Shown in pieces: positions 10,936-22,755 of a stretch of 64,000 bases of DNA (positions are counted from its first letter, which is position 1; each line of letters begins with the position of its first letter). Source of the DNA: an uncultured delta proteobacterium (GTDB lineage: Bacteria; Myxococcota_A; UBA9160; SZUA-336). Location of the stretch: the NCBI GenBank assembly GCA_963704165.1, contig CAVPHD010000002.1:1-64000 (forward strand), written 5' to 3'. Under the pieces are notes generated by a model, which was not told where the DNA came from, did no database searches, and saw nothing but the letters and a program-made list of their open reading frames with translations. Position numbers and translations under genes: made by a program.

Positions 10936-11005
10936 CCCCGAGGTCTGTCCCCGGTGTGGCCGCCGGGCGATGGCGGAACCGGGCTGGGCCGCCGATGCTG
11001 GGGAT

Positions 11006-11884
11006 ATGACACCACGATGTGTTGACGACGAGTGGCTCGATGCGATCGACGTGAGCGAACAGCACTGCATCGACTTCGATGTCGTTCGCGACATGGTGTC
11101 GGCATGGTGATCGTGCGGGCCGGGCGCGGCACCCGTCAAGATGGGCGCTGGATCGAACACACCCGCTCGGCTCACATGGCGGGGGCGATCGTCGGTTTCG
11201 TACTGGCATGTCTACCCGTCCCACATCGATGCCCATCGCCAAGCCGAGCTGTGGATGGCGGCGATTCGCAGCACCCCGGCGGCCCTCACAGGCGGTCACT
11301 GGGCCGACATCTCGACGACGGATGGGTTCGATCCGTTCAAGGCTCGGACGCTACGTCGCGGCATTTCTGCGTCGGATGGACGAGCTGCTCGGTGGGTCCG
11401 TCGGCGTGTTCACACGTGACGAGTTCTGGCGTCGCAACGTTCGGCTCGACATCACGGATCGACCCCGGTGGATCTGCGCCGTCGAGCGCGCCGATCCAGT
11501 ACGACGAAGTCGAAGCTGCCGATGTGTTCACGAGTGCGCCGCGTGCGGCCGATCCGTGGAGGACCGGGGGAGCATAGCGTGCACTCCGACCCGTTCGTGG
11601 AGTACGCGAATCGTCCCCGCCGACAGCTGCACCTGGTCTGCGCCGACCGGCCGAGTCGGTCAGCCATTGGCATCGCGTTGGATCCGAACTCCTGATGTGG
11701 CCGCATTGCAGGAGCGCCTCAATCGGCTCGGGGCCGATCTGTTCGTCGACGGGGTATTCGGACCGGCGACCGACCGCGCCGTGCGGACCTGCCAATTGTT
11801 GCGCCGCAGGGATCGCATGTCGCCGCTCGGCAACGAATGGCTGGACGGGGACGTGCCCTCACCGAGACGAAGCTGGCGAGTTGA
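11006..11884 (+). CDS. GH25-lysozyme-like domain plus peptidoglycan-binding domain; frameshifted
   Basis: Stitched frames: AIDVSEQHCIDFDVV / GVGMVIVRAGRGTRQDGRW...AGAIVG / SYWHVYP...AHRQAELW...WADIS / GVFTRDEFWRRNV...RPRWIC; then DVAALQERLNRLGADLFVDGVFGPATDRAVR (PG-binding type 1). Confidence 0.6.
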
Positions 11885-11975
11885 TGAACGCAGCTGGTTC
11901 GATCGATCGCCGCCCGCGACGATCACACGATCCCGGCCCCGGGTCGCGCCGAGTATCGTCGGGGCAAGGCAGGAG

Positions 11976-12860
11976 GTGGATTGTTCGGGTGATCAACGAA
12001 ATCAAAGGGATCCAAGTTGGGATCGACCAGATCAAGGGTTATCTGTACCCGACCGAGGCGGAGCAAGCCGCCGCCTATGAGTTGCTGGTGGAACTAAACA
12101 CGGGCCGCAGGCGTGCAGACGACGGCGGCGGGGAGCACGGTCCACGACACCCTGTCGAGCATCCACCAGATGTTCGACCTGACCCGTGGCATCTTCCGCG
12201 AACACGGTGCCGATGCCTCGAAAGGCAGCGGTGGCAACCTCAGCCTTGCGGTGATTGCCGTTCGGGTGTTGAACGAGGTCTTCCCGGCCGGTGCCGCGGA
12301 GATGGACACCCGATCCTGTGTGAGTACGAGGCTCGCCGGGAGCAGGAGGCTCCCTTCGTCAGCGAGGGCGAATCGGGGGGCAACGGTGGCCGGAGGCATC
12401 GAAGTGCCGCGCCGAGTTGGCGGAGATCCCGCGGTACGATCCGGTCGTACATCGACACCCTCAGCCGAATCGCGGGTGCCTTCGGCGGTCGCCGACGCCG
12501 TGTTGCATGCGCCCCAGTTCTGAGATCTTCTCGCAGCGTCCGGTGCCCTGCGGCCTTGCGGGGCGGCGACGCGATGCCGGGGCCCAGCGTCGCAGCCTGT
12601 TGCCCCCGTTTGGCGTCCGTCCGGCGTACCGGCGCAAGATGGTGCGCTGGCTGGACCTGGTCGAGTTGGCCACCACCTTCGCCGCCGGCCTTCGAGCCCA
12701 CCGCTCGCTTCTTCCTGCTGTCTACGGCAAGCCCGATGCCTCGGCTCGAAGCCGGCCGAGTCGTTCGAAGCCAAGCAGGAGGCTTTCGTCGACTGCATCG
12801 ATCTCGTCGCTCGTTCGCAGCGTCGTCGTCGATACGCGCGCTTCGAACGGCGCGATTTCT
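11976..12860 (+). CDS. Conserved hypothetical protein, frameshifted and apparently truncated at ~12.8 kb
   Basis: AGGAGG SD at 11971; coding-like segments LYPTEAEQAAAYELLVELNT, TLSSIHQMFDLTRGIFREHG, LAVIAVRVLNEVF, IRSYIDTLSRIAG, RKMVRWLDLVELATT across three frames. Confidence 0.5.
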
Positions 12861-12888
12861 TGACACTCCGAGACCACCCGACTAGAGT
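12860..12888 (+). promoter_or_regulatory. Sigma70-type promoter upstream of guaB
   Basis: TTGACA (12860-12865), 17-nt spacer, TAGAGT (12883-12888), 24 nt before the guaB ATG. Confidence 0.75.
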
Positions 12889-12912
12889 CCGCGACCAACT
12901 CCAGCCAGGGAG

Positions 12913-14406
12913 ATGGCGTTGCACGAGCCCACCGCCTCCGGGCGCGCAGTCATCCGGGACGGTCTCACCTTCGACGACGTCCTTCTTGTGCCGGGTCCCT
13001 CCTCGGTCCATCCCACCGACGTAGATCTCTCGGCGCAGCTCACACCCGGCATCCGGATGAAGATGCCGCTCGTTGCGTCGCCGATGGACACGGTGACGGA
13101 GCACCGCACCGCGATCTGCATGGCGCAAGAGGGTGGCATCGGCTTCGTGCACAAGAACCTCTCGATCGAGGCGCAGGCCGCCGAGGTCGCCAAGGTCAAG
13201 CGCTTCGAGTCCGGAATGATCGTCGATCCGATCACCCTCGGACCGGATCAGCCGATCCAGGACGCGCTCGACATCATGCGCGAGCACCGTATCTCGGGTC
13301 TGCCGGTCGTGCGTGGCGAGAAGCTGGTCGGGATCGTGACGAATCGCGATCTGCGCTTCGTGCGCAAGCTCGATGTTCCCGTCTCGACGGTGATGACGGC
13401 CGAGGATCTGATCACGGTACGTCTCGGCGTTTCGATGGAGAAGGCCAAGGAGCTGCTCCACGAGAACCGCATCGAGAAGCTGCTCGTCGTCGATGACAGC
13501 GGAAATCTGCGCGGGCTGATCACGATCAAGGACATCGAGAAGCAGCAGCTCTATCCGAACTCCAACAAGGATGGTCTCGGCCGACTTCGAGTCGGTGCAG
13601 CGGTCGGCGTGACCAAGGATGCGCTCGAGCGAGCCGATGCGCTGCTGCGAGCCGGAGCGGACCTGCTGCTCGTCGACAGCTCGCATGGGCACGCCGAGGC
13701 GGTGTTGAACGCGGTTTCGGAGCTGCACGCGACCTTCCCGGACGTCGAGATCGTCGGAGGCAACGTCGCGACGGCGGAAGGCGCCGAGGCGCTGATCAAA
13801 GCGCACGTTTCGGCCGTGCGTTGCGGCGTGGGCCCGGCATCGATCTGCACCACGCGCATCATCGCCGGCGTCGGCGTCCCGCAGCTCACTGCGATCATGG
13901 ATGCCTCGGAGGTCTGCCGCCGCCACGGAATCCCGCTGATCGCCGACGGCGGTGTGAAGTACTCCGGCGACATCGTGAAGGGCCTGGCGGGCGGGGCCGA
14001 CACGATCATGATCGGATCGCTCTTCGCCGGCACCGACGAGAGTCCGGGCGATCTCGTCTTGCACCAGGGTCGATCCTACAAGGTCTACCGTGCGATGGGA
14101 TCGCTCTCGGCGATGCGCGACGGCTACCGCGATCGCTACTTCCAGCAGGAAGTCCGGGCGCCCTCCAAGCTCGTGCCGGAGGGCGTCGAGGGTCGCGTGC
14201 CGCATCGAGGGCCGCTCTCGAACAGCCTGTACCAGCTGCTCGGTGGGGTGCGCTCGGGAATGGGTCTGATCGGCGCACCGGATCTCGCGTCGCTTCGCTC
14301 GCGTGCGGAGTTCGTGCGGATCAGCGCCGCGGGCCTGCGCGAGTCGCATCCGCACGACGTGATCATCACCGAAGAGCCGCCGAACTACTGGCTCGAGAGC
14401 AAGTGA
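12913..14406 (+). CDS. guaB: IMP dehydrogenase with CBS pair
   Basis: [30 protein letters not shown] (catalytic Cys), ADGG, YRAMGS, VPEGVEG. Confidence 0.98.
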   Translation: MALHEPTASGRAVIRDGLTFDDVLLVPGPSSVHPTDVDLSAQLTPGIRMKMPLVASPMDTVTEHRTAICMAQEGGIGFVHKNLSIEAQAAEVAKVKRFESGMIVDPITLGPDQPIQDALDIMREHRISGLPVVRGEKLVGIVTNRDLRFVRKLDVPVSTVMTAEDLITVRLGVSMEKAKELLHENRIEKLLVVDDSGNLRGLITIKDIEKQQLYPNSNKDGLGRLRVGAAVGVTKDALERADALLRAGADLLLVDSSHGHAEAVLNAVSELHATFPDVEIVGGNVATAEGAEALIKAHVSAVRCGVGPASICTTRIIAGVGVPQLTAIMDASEVCRRHGIPLIADGGVKYSGDIVKGLAGGADTIMIGSLFAGTDESPGDLVLHQGRSYKVYRAMGSLSAMRDGYRDRYFQQEVRAPSKLVPEGVEGRVPHRGPLSNSLYQLLGGVRSGMGLIGAPDLASLRSRAEFVRISAAGLRESHPHDVIITEEPPNYWLESK

Positions 14407-15968
14407 GCCCCGAGACGCACTCGGAGACCGTGGTCATCGTGGACTACGGCTCGCAGTTCACGCAGCTGATCGCACGCCGGATTCGCGAGCTCCACGTCTA
14501 CTGCGAGATCGTTCCACCGTGGGTCGAGATGGACCGCGTGCGCGCTCTGGCGCCGAAGGCGGTCATTCTCTCGGGCGGCCCTGCGAGCGTCTTCGCTGAC
14601 GACGCACCGAAGCTGAACACGGCACTGCTCGAGCTTGGCGTTCCGGTGCTTGGCATCTGCTACGGCTTGCAGCTGCTGATGCTCGCACTCGGAGGGCGCG
14701 TCGAGCCCGCGGCCCAGCACGAGGCCGGCCGCGAGTATGGCCGCGCAGCGCTCGATCGTTCGGATCTCGTCGATCCGCTGCTCGACGGCGTGCCGCGCTC
14801 GAGCACGGTCTGGATGAGCCACGGCGATCTGATCGCGAAGCTCGCACCCGGCTTCGAGGTGATCGGGACCTCCGCGAGCTGTCCGTTCGCGGCGGTGCGA
14901 TGTCGCGAGCGCGATCTCTGGGGAATCCAGTTCCACCCCGAGGTCGTGCACACCGAGTTCGGAGCACGTCTGCTCGAGAACTTCCTCCTGCGCGTCGCGG
15001 GCCTCCACGGTACGTGGACCATGGACGAGTTCATCGCTTCGCAGATCACGAGTCTGCGGCAGCGGATCGGCGATCGGCAGGTGGTCTGCGGCGTATCCGG
15101 GGGCGTCGACTCGACGGTGGTGGCGGTGTTGCTGCACCGGGCCATCGGCGATCGGCTGCACTGCATCTTCATCGACAACGGCCTGCTCCGCGCTGACGAG
15201 CGCGAGGAGGTCGAGCGGATCTTCGCCGAGGATCTCGAGATCCCGCTCGTCACGCTCCATGAGACCGAGAGATTCCTCCGCGTCCTGCGCGGGATCGAGG
15301 ATCCGGAGAAGAAGCGCGTCGCGATCGGCCACGCCTTCGTCGCCGCGTTCGAGCGTGCCGCGAGCTCGATCCCCGATGCCCACTTCCTCGCGCAGGGCAC
15401 GCTCTACCCCGACGTGATCGAATCCGTCTCGGTGTGGGGGCCGTCGGCGACGATCAAGACCCACCACAACGTCGGTGGGCTGCCCGAGCGGATGAAGCTC
15501 GAAGTCGTCGAGCCGCTGCGCGAGCTCTTCAAGGACGAGGTGCGCGAGGTCGGCGACCGTCTCGGTGTGCCGCGCGCTCTCTCGCGTCGTCATCCATTCC
15601 CGGGGCCGGGGCTGGCGATTCGGGTTCTGGGCGAAGTCACGCGCGAGCGCCTCGGCATGCTGCGCGCCGCGGACCGGATCGTCACCGACGAGATCAAGAG
15701 CGCGGGCTGGTACGACCAACTCTGGCAGGCGTTCGCGGTTTTCCTGCCGATCCGTTCGGTCGGCGTGATGGGTGACGGGCGCACCTACGACCACGCCATC
15801 GCCGTGCGCTGCGTCACGTCTCGCGATGCGATGACCGCAGACTGGGCGCACGTGCCACACGAGCTGCTCGCGCGGATCTCGAGCCGCATCACGAACGAGG
15901 TCTCGGGCATCAATCGCGTCGTCTACGACATCTCGAGCAAGCCCCCTGCTACAATCGAATGGGAGTGA
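14403..15968 (+). CDS. guaA: GMP synthase (glutamine-hydrolysing)
   Basis: [56 protein letters not shown] overlap with the guaB stop. Confidence 0.98.
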   Translation: MSPETHSETVVIVDYGSQFTQLIARRIRELHVYCEIVPPWVEMDRVRALAPKAVILSGGPASVFADDAPKLNTALLELGVPVLGICYGLQLLMLALGGRVEPAAQHEAGREYGRAALDRSDLVDPLLDGVPRSSTVWMSHGDLIAKLAPGFEVIGTSASCPFAAVRCRERDLWGIQFHPEVVHTEFGARLLENFLLRVAGLHGTWTMDEFIASQITSLRQRIGDRQVVCGVSGGVDSTVVAVLLHRAIGDRLHCIFIDNGLLRADEREEVERIFAEDLEIPLVTLHETERFLRVLRGIEDPEKKRVAIGHAFVAAFERAASSIPDAHFLAQGTLYPDVIESVSVWGPSATIKTHHNVGGLPERMKLEVVEPLRELFKDEVREVGDRLGVPRALSRRHPFPGPGLAIRVLGEVTRERLGMLRAADRIVTDEIKSAGWYDQLWQAFAVFLPIRSVGVMGDGRTYDHAIAVRCVTSRDAMTADWAHVPHELLARISSRITNEVSGINRVVYDISSKPPATIEWE

Positions 15969-16008
15969 GGGGGGGCCGAGCCGTGGAGCACTCGAGCCGT
16001 GCGGTGAA

Positions 16009-19000
16009 ATGATCGCGAAGGACGGCTTCGCGCATCTCCACCTGCACACACAGTACTCGCTCCTCGACGGTGCGATCAAACTCGCGCCGCTCTTCGAGCA
16101 GGTGAGGGCGCTGGGGCAACGCTCGGTCGGCATGAGCGACCACGGCAATCTCTTCGGCGCAGCGGAGTTCCACGAGAAGGCGCGCGAGCAGGGCGTGAAG
16201 CCGATCATCGGCTGCGAGACCTACATCGCGACCGGCTCCCGCTTCGAGAAGGAAAAGCGCCCGCAGGACAAGTCGGGCTTCGATTCGATCAGCCACATGC
16301 TGCTGATCGCGCAGGACCGCACCGGCTACAAGAACCTGATCCACTTGGTTTCGCGCGGCTATCTCGAGGGCTTCTACTACAAACCGCGAATCGATCTCGA
16401 GCTTCTGCGCGCGCACAGCGAGGGGCTGATCGCGACCTCCGGGTGTCTGTCGTCGATGATCTGCCGTGCGATCGGTGCGGGTGAGACGCGCCGCGCCTGG
16501 GAGCTCGCCGAGGAGTTCTCGAAGATCTTTCCGGGCCGCTTCTACGTCGAGATCCAGCGCCACGGCATTCCGCTACAGGAGCAGGTGAATCCCGAGCTGC
16601 TCGACATCGCTCGCGAGCTGAAGCTTCCGCTGCTTGCGACCAACGACGCCCACTACCTTCATGCGCACGACCACGGCCCGCACGAAGCGCTGCTCTGCGT
16701 CGGGACCGGCACGACGCTCGACGATCCGAACCGCTTCCGCTTCGATGGTTCGGGCTTCTACGTGAAGTCGGCCGCGGAGATGGCCGAGGTCTTCCACGAC
16801 ATCCCGGAGGCGCTCTCGAACACCGTCGAGATCACGGAGCGCTGCACGCTCGAGATCGAGACGGGCGTCTACCAGATGCCGGAGTTCCAGGTGCCGTCGC
16901 ACACCACGCGCGAGGCGGTGCTCCGGGAACAGGCGTGGACGGGGCTGCGCTGGCGCCTCGGCCTCGACGCCGAGCAACCGCTCCCCGACACCCGGCGCGA
17001 CTACGGCGAACGGCTGCAGATGGAGCTCGACGTCATCTGCAAGATGGGGTTCGAGGGCTACTTCCTGATCGTCGCCGATTTCATCAACCACGCACGCAAG
17101 AACTCCGTTCCGGTCGGCCCGGGCCGGGGATCCTCCGCGGGTAGCCTCGTCACGTTCTCGCTCGGGATCACCGGTGTCGATCCGATCGAGTACGACATCC
17201 TGTTCGAGCGTTTCCTCAACCCCGAGCGGATCTCGATGCCCGACATCGACGTCGACTTCTGCATGCGTGGGCGCGATCTGGTGATCGACTACGTGCGACG
17301 CAAGTACGACGGCGCCACGATCGAAGAGAAGCGTGTCGCACAGATCATCACCTTCGGGAAGCTCCAAGCGCGCGCCGCGCTTCGGGACGTCGGACGGGTC
17401 CTCGGGATGGCGTTCAACGACGTCGATCGGATCGCGAAGCTCGTGCCCGAGATCCTCGGCATCAGCCTGTCGGAGGCGATCGCGCAGTCGCCGGACCTGA
17501 AATCGAAGATGACCGAGGACCCGCAGGTGCAGCGGCTGGTCGAGACGGCACTCGCGCTCGAGGGACTGACGCGCCACGCCTCGACCCACGCGGCGGGAGT
17601 CGTGATCGGCAATCAGCCGCTGATCGATCTGGTCCCGCTCTATCGCGACCCGAAGTCGGGCGAGGTCGTGACGCAATACGACATGAACATGGTCGAGAAA
17701 GTCGGATTGGTGAAGTTCGACTTCCTCGGGCTTCGCACGCTGACGATCATCGCGGACGCGGAGCGCCTGGTGCGCGCGAGCGGACTCGCGTCGTTCTCCG
17801 TCTCGAACGTTCCGATGGACGACCCGAGCACCTACGAGCTTCTCTCGCGTGGAGACACGGAAGGCGTCTTCCAGATGGAATCCGGCGGGATGACCGAGCT
17901 CGTGATGAAACTGAAGCCGAAGGTCTTCAGAGAGATCATCCCGTTGATCGCGCTCTATCGCACGGGCCCGCTCGAGTCGGGAGCGACCCAGGAGTACGTC
18001 GACCGGAAGCTCGGGCTCGCGAACGTCGAGTACTTCCTGCCCGCGTTCGAGGAGGTGACGTCGGAGACGCTCGGCGTGATCGTCTACCAGGACCAGGTAC
18101 TGCAGATCGCGAACCGCGTCTCCGGCTACTCGCTCGGCGAGGCCGACTTCCTGCGCCGGGCGATGGGGAAGAAGAAGCCCGAGGAGATGGAGAAGCAGCG
18201 CCAGCGTTTCGTCGACGGTGCGCTCGCGAACGGCGTCGAGCGACGCAAGGCCGAAGCCCTCTTCGAGATGATCGAGAAGTTCGCCGGCTACGCCTTTCCC
18301 AAGGCGCATTCGACGGCCTACGCGCTGATCACGTACCAGACCGCCTACCTGAAGGCGAACCATCCGAGGGAATTCCTCGCCGCACTGCTGACGATGGAGT
18401 CGGGGAATCACGACAAGCTCGGACCCTACATCCAGCATGCGCGCGATCGCGGCATCGAAGTGCTCGCGCCCGAGATGAACTCGTCGGAGCGCGACTTCGC
18501 GGTCGTTCCCGAGGGCATCCGCTTCGGCTTCGCCGGCGTGAAGAACGTCGGCGAGGGTGCGATCGAGGCGATTCTCGAGACGCGCGCCGAGAGTGGGCCC
18601 TTCGAGAGCCTGCACGACTTCGCCGCGCGGATCGACGCGAAACGCGTGAATCGGCGCGTGATCGAGAGCCTGATCCGCGCCGGGGCTTTCGATTTCACGA
18701 AGGCGACGCGCTCGTCGCTCTTCGCCGCCGTGCCCGGGGCGATCGAGCGTGCGCAGCGTGAGCAGCGGGATCGCGAACTCGGACAGGTGTCACTCTTCGG
18801 TGACGAGACGCCGAGCGCGACCCCGTCGCTCACCGTGCTCGAGGAGTGGCCGGAGTCCCAGCGACTCGCGGGCGAGAAGGATCTACTCGGCTTCTACGTC
18901 ACCGGGCATCCCCTTCGCGAGCACGCCCAGCCGCTCGAACTCTTCACGAGCTTCCGCCTCGATCAGGTTCCCGTCGATCCGGGCCGTCGGCGAGAGGTCT

Positions 19001-19491
19001 GGGTGGGCGGACTGCTCGCCGGGCTGCGCGTGCAGAACACGAAGAAGGGCGACCTGATGGCTCGCGCGAGACTCGAGGATCTCGGCGGCTCGATCGACGT
19101 CGTCTTCTTCCCCAAGACCTACGCGAAGTTCTCGGCGCTGCTCCAATCCGAGAGCCCGGTACTGATCAAGGGCAACGTCGCGGGTGAGCCGACCCGCCCG
19201 GAGCTTCACGCGGACGAGATCGTACGGCTCGAAGATGCGTGGACTCTACGCACGAGCCGACTCGCCGTGCGGGTCTCCGCTCACGCCGCCAGTGCGGAAC
19301 GGCTCGCGGGATTGCGTCGAGTGCTCGATCTCGTCCCCGGTCCGGTTCCCATGCACCTGGAGATGCGGCTGCCGAACGGGGCCGAGGCGATCTTCGATCT
19401 GCCGCGCCACAAAGTGCGCGTGAGTCAGGAGCTGGTCCACGACCTCGACGCCCTCTTCGGAACAGGAGCCGCGCGATGCCGCGTCGGCTGA
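16009..19491 (+). CDS. dnaE: DNA polymerase III alpha subunit
   Basis: PHP HLHLHTQYSLLDG, TNDAHY; GRGSSAGS, PDIDVDF, KFDFLGL, KFAGYAFPKAHS; OB fold at C-terminus. Confidence 0.98.
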   Translation: MIAKDGFAHLHLHTQYSLLDGAIKLAPLFEQVRALGQRSVGMSDHGNLFGAAEFHEKAREQGVKPIIGCETYIATGSRFEKEKRPQDKSGFDSISHMLLIAQDRTGYKNLIHLVSRGYLEGFYYKPRIDLELLRAHSEGLIATSGCLSSMICRAIGAGETRRAWELAEEFSKIFPGRFYVEIQRHGIPLQEQVNPELLDIARELKLPLLATNDAHYLHAHDHGPHEALLCVGTGTTLDDPNRFRFDGSGFYVKSAAEMAEVFHDIPEALSNTVEITERCTLEIETGVYQMPEFQVPSHTTREAVLREQAWTGLRWRLGLDAEQPLPDTRRDYGERLQMELDVICKMGFEGYFLIVADFINHARKNSVPVGPGRGSSAGSLVTFSLGITGVDPIEYDILFERFLNPERISMPDIDVDFCMRGRDLVIDYVRRKYDGATIEEKRVAQIITFGKLQARAALRDVGRVLGMAFNDVDRIAKLVPEILGISLSEAIAQSPDLKSKMTEDPQVQRLVETALALEGLTRHASTHAAGVVIGNQPLIDLVPLYRDPKSGEVVTQYDMNMVEKVGLVKFDFLGLRTLTIIADAERLVRASGLASFSVSNVPMDDPSTYELLSRGDTEGVFQMESGGMTELVMKLKPKVFREIIPLIALYRTGPLESGATQEYVDRKLGLANVEYFLPAFEEVTSETLGVIVYQDQVLQIANRVSGYSLGEADFLRRAMGKKKPEEMEKQRQRFVDGALANGVERRKAEALFEMIEKFAGYAFPKAHSTAYALITYQTAYLKANHPREFLAALLTMESGNHDKLGPYIQHARDRGIEVLAPEMNSSERDFAVVPEGIRFGFAGVKNVGEGAIEAILETRAESGPFESLHDFAARIDAKRVNRRVIESLIRAGAFDFTKATRSSLFAAVPGAIERAQREQRDRELGQVSLFGDETPSATPSLTVLEEWPESQRLAGEKDLLGFYVTGHPLREHAQPLELFTSFRLDQVPVDPGRRREVWVGGLLAGLRVQNTKKGDLMARARLEDLGGSIDVVFFPKTYAKFSALLQSESPVLIKGNVAGEPTRPELHADEIVRLEDAWTLRTSRLAVRVSAHAASAERLAGLRRVLDLVPGPVPMHLEMRLPNGAEAIFDLPRHKVRVSQELVHDLDALFGTGAARCRVG

Positions 19492-20687
19492 CCCTCTGCG
19501 TCGCCGCGCTCGGCGCCGCCGTCTTGCTTCAGATCCCGACTCCCGCGCTCGCGCTCGAGCCGATGACGGTCACGACGGAGGGAATCGTGGCGGCGAGCGG
19601 GCCGGCCGAGGCACCGCCACGGGACGCGGCCTTCCGCGCGGCGCTGGTCGCGGCGGTGTTCGAGGTCGCACGCATGCTCGTGCCACCGGAGCGCTTCGAG
19701 CAGGATGCGGAGCGATTGCACGCGCAGCTCGGGCCGCAAGCCCAGAGCTTCGTCCTCACGTACCGGGTAGACGGAGCGCTCTCGCGTCGGTCCTCGGCCC
19801 TCGATCCGGAGATCGAGGAGTGGGTGCTCCCGGTCACCGCGCGAATCGACGCCGTTCAGCTTCGCAGCTTCCTCGTTCGCAGTGGCTTCCTCCGGGAGGC
19901 CGGCGAGCGGCCCTCGCTCGTGATCCGGGTGCGCGCGGTGGGCGAACTCGCGGAGGCGACCCCGATCGGCGCGCTTTCGCAGCTCGGCCGGAATCTGCGG
20001 GCCAACCTCGAGCAACAGGAGTTCGTCCTGGTCGAGGCGGCCCTGCGTCCCGACGACGGAAGCGAGCCGAGAAGCGCCCTCGAGCTCGCGCGCGGGGTCG
20101 GTGCCGACGTTGGCGTCGAGCTCGAGGTCGATTGGCGGCCGAGTCCCCAATCCGACGGGGTCGTCGGAGGGGTCGCGGAGGTCCGAGCTCGAGCGCTCCG
20201 CTCCGTGGACGGCAACGAGCTCGCGATCGCCCGCTTCGAGGCGGCGGGGTACCACGCGGAGCGCGACGAGGCGATCGCGAGGGCGCTCGAGGCCCTCGAG
20301 CCGCAGCTCGCCGCGAACCTCGGCCTCCAGCTCCAGCGCAACTGGCAAGCCCATACGCCGGGTGAGCGGCCAGTCGAGATCGAGCTCGAAGCGGTCTCGG
20401 GCCTCGGCCAGGTCAACGCCGTGCAGCGAGCGCTGGTCGGGATGCTCGCCGCGCGGAGCGCCGAGATCCGATCGCTCCAACCGGGCGGAGCCACGCTGCG
20501 CGTCGTCTCGTCGCTCTCCGCGGGGGCTCTGCTCGAGCGACTCGCGAGCCTGCACTTCGAGGGCTTCGCCCTGCTGCCGGTCGAAGCGGGTGCGGGTCGG
20601 GCGCGACTCCGCCTCGAAGTCGCGCCCGGGGCTTCGGAGCGGCTCACTCCAGCACCGGGGAAAATTGACGCCCAAGACCGGAATTGA
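19476..20687 (+). CDS. Exported hypothetical protein
   Basis: ATG 19476 after AGGAG; signal-peptide-like [26 protein letters not shown]; 403-aa open frame between dnaE and the tRNA. Confidence 0.7.
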   Translation: MPRRLTLCVAALGAAVLLQIPTPALALEPMTVTTEGIVAASGPAEAPPRDAAFRAALVAAVFEVARMLVPPERFEQDAERLHAQLGPQAQSFVLTYRVDGALSRRSSALDPEIEEWVLPVTARIDAVQLRSFLVRSGFLREAGERPSLVIRVRAVGELAEATPIGALSQLGRNLRANLEQQEFVLVEAALRPDDGSEPRSALELARGVGADVGVELEVDWRPSPQSDGVVGGVAEVRARALRSVDGNELAIARFEAAGYHAERDEAIARALEALEPQLAANLGLQLQRNWQAHTPGERPVEIELEAVSGLGQVNAVQRALVGMLAARSAEIRSLQPGGATLRVVSSLSAGALLERLASLHFEGFALLPVEAGAGRARLRLEVAPGASERLTPAPGKIDAQDRN

Positions 20688-20707
20688 TACCAAGATCGCT
20701 GGTTTAG

Positions 20708-20782
<75 letters not shown>

Positions 20783-20816
20783 AGATGCGCGACTCTGCCC
20801 CACGGACGATCGATAC

Positions 20817-22755
20817 ATGAGCGGCGCTGAAGTGGAACTCGAGCTGCCGGATGGCACACGTATGAGCGTGCCCGGCGGGAGCACTGCGCTCGACGTCGCG
20901 CGCCGGATCGGCGCGGGACTCGCGAAAGCCGCGCTCGCCGGAGAGATCGGCGGTCGACTCATCGACCTGCGTGCGCCGCTTCCCGCGAGCGGTGGACGGA
21001 TCCGAATCATCACCGCCCGCGATCCCGAGGGCGCCGTCGTGATCCGCCACTCGGCCGAGCACGTGATGGCGGACGCGGTGAAGCGGCTCTGGCCGGCGAC
21101 ACAGATCGATGTCGGCCGGAGCGATCACTCCGAGAAGTTCCAGTACGACTTCGACATCCCGGCGCGCGTCACCCCCGACGATCTTCCGCGCATCGAGGCC
21201 GAGATGGGCCGCATCATCGCGGAGGACCCGGCATTCGAGCGCGTCGTCGTGTCGCGCGCGGAGGCGCGGCGGACGTTCGAGGCGCTCGGCGAAGAGCTGA
21301 AGCTCTCGCGCCTCGACGACATCCCGCCCGATCAGGACATCACGCTCTTCCGGCACGGGAGCTTCGTCGATCTCTGCCGGGGCCCGCACGTGCAGCGCGC
21401 GGGGCAGATCGGAGCGTGGAAGCTCACCGAACTCGCGGGCTCGTACTGGCGCGGCGACGAGCAGAACAAGATGCTGCAGCGCGTCTACGGCATCGCGTTC
21501 AAGGACGAGAAGGAGCTCGGCGCGTATCTGGCTCGAATCGAAGTCGCGCGCGAGCGCGACCATCGGCGTGTCGGTCGAGGAGCTCGAGCTCTTTCAGTTC
21601 CACGAGTGGGCGCAAGGCTCGCCCTTCTACCTGCCCAAAGGGCTGACGCTGTACAACGCGCTCGTCGACTACATGCGAGTGCTCTATCGCAAGTACGGCT
21701 ACGACGAGGTCATGTGCCCGCAGGTCTTCTCCGCCGAGCTCTACAAGGTCTCGGGACACTACGAGAATTTCCACGACGACTTCTTCCTGTTCGCGGGCTC
21801 GGAGGAGGGCGAGGAGCTCGGCATCAAGCCGATGAACTGCCCCGGACACTGTCTGGTGTTCCGCTCCCGAAAGCGCTCGTACCGCGAGCTGCCGCTGCGT
21901 CTCGCCGAGTTCTCCCGTTTGCACCGCAACGAGCGCACGGGCTCGCTGCACGGCATGCACCGCGTGCGCTCGATGGCGCAGGACGACGCGCACATCTTCT
22001 GCGCCTGGGAGGACATCGGCCGCGAGATCGACGCGTTCATGGCGATGACCGCGGAGGTCTGGCGCGATCTCGGCCTCGACGGCGCCGAGATCTTCGTCTC
22101 GACCCGTCCCGACAAGTACATCGGCCGTCCCGAGGACTGGGAGCGCGCCGAGAAGCTGCTGATCGAGGCGGTCGAGCGGGCGGGCTTCGAGTGCGGGATC
22201 AAGCCGCGCGAGGGCGCGTTCTACGCGCCGAAGATCGAGTGCCATTTCAAGGACGCGCTCGGCCGCGCGTGGCAGCTCTCGACGATTCAGGTCGACATGG
22301 CGATGCCCGGTCGCTTCGGGCTCCGCTTCATCGGCGCCGACGGCGCGGAGCACGAGCCCGCGATGCTGCACCGCGCGGTCCTCGGGTCGCTCGAGCGCTT
22401 CATCGCGATCTACGTCGAGCACACCGGCGGCGACTTTCCGGTCTTTCTGGCGCCGGTCCAGGCCGTCGTGCTCCCGGTCAGCGATCGGCAGACCGGCTAT
22501 GCGAACGACCTCGTCGAGCGGCTCGGCCAGTCCGGGGTGCGCGCGGCGGTCGATCTTCGAAACGAGACGCTGAATTATCGGGTCCGCGCGGCGGAGACCC
22601 AGAAGATCCCCTACGTACTCGTGGTCGGTGACCGCGAGCAGGAATCCGGCGGGGTGAGCGTGCGCCGCCGACACGTTTCGGGCCAGTCCGTTCTACCATT
22701 CGAGAGGTTTCAGATGAACATCCAGGAGGAGATCAGAACGCGTGGGATTTCGTAG
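20817..22755 (+). CDS. thrS: Threonyl-tRNA synthetase; one frameshift near 21575
   Basis: TGS domain, RHSAEH, DLCRGPH, YWRGD, RDHRRVG; then [35 protein letters not shown]. Confidence 0.95.

Noticed and set aside
13821..14402. N-terminal extensions in the ORF track (guaA from 13821, MFP from 45371, Gfo from 36324, SCP2-like from 58632) read as fusions
   Set aside because: They are off-frame overlaps with neighbouring genes; better starts with SD or stop/start overlaps exist downstream
17950..17985. DnaE ALYRTGP in place of the usual ALYRPGP
   Set aside because: A single-base difference in an error-prone sequence; catalytic and PHP motifs are intact, so it is not interpretable
20665..20693. 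Promoter for tRNA-Val (TTGACG-17-TACCAA)
   Set aside because: Plausible position but a weak -10 match; not enough to call
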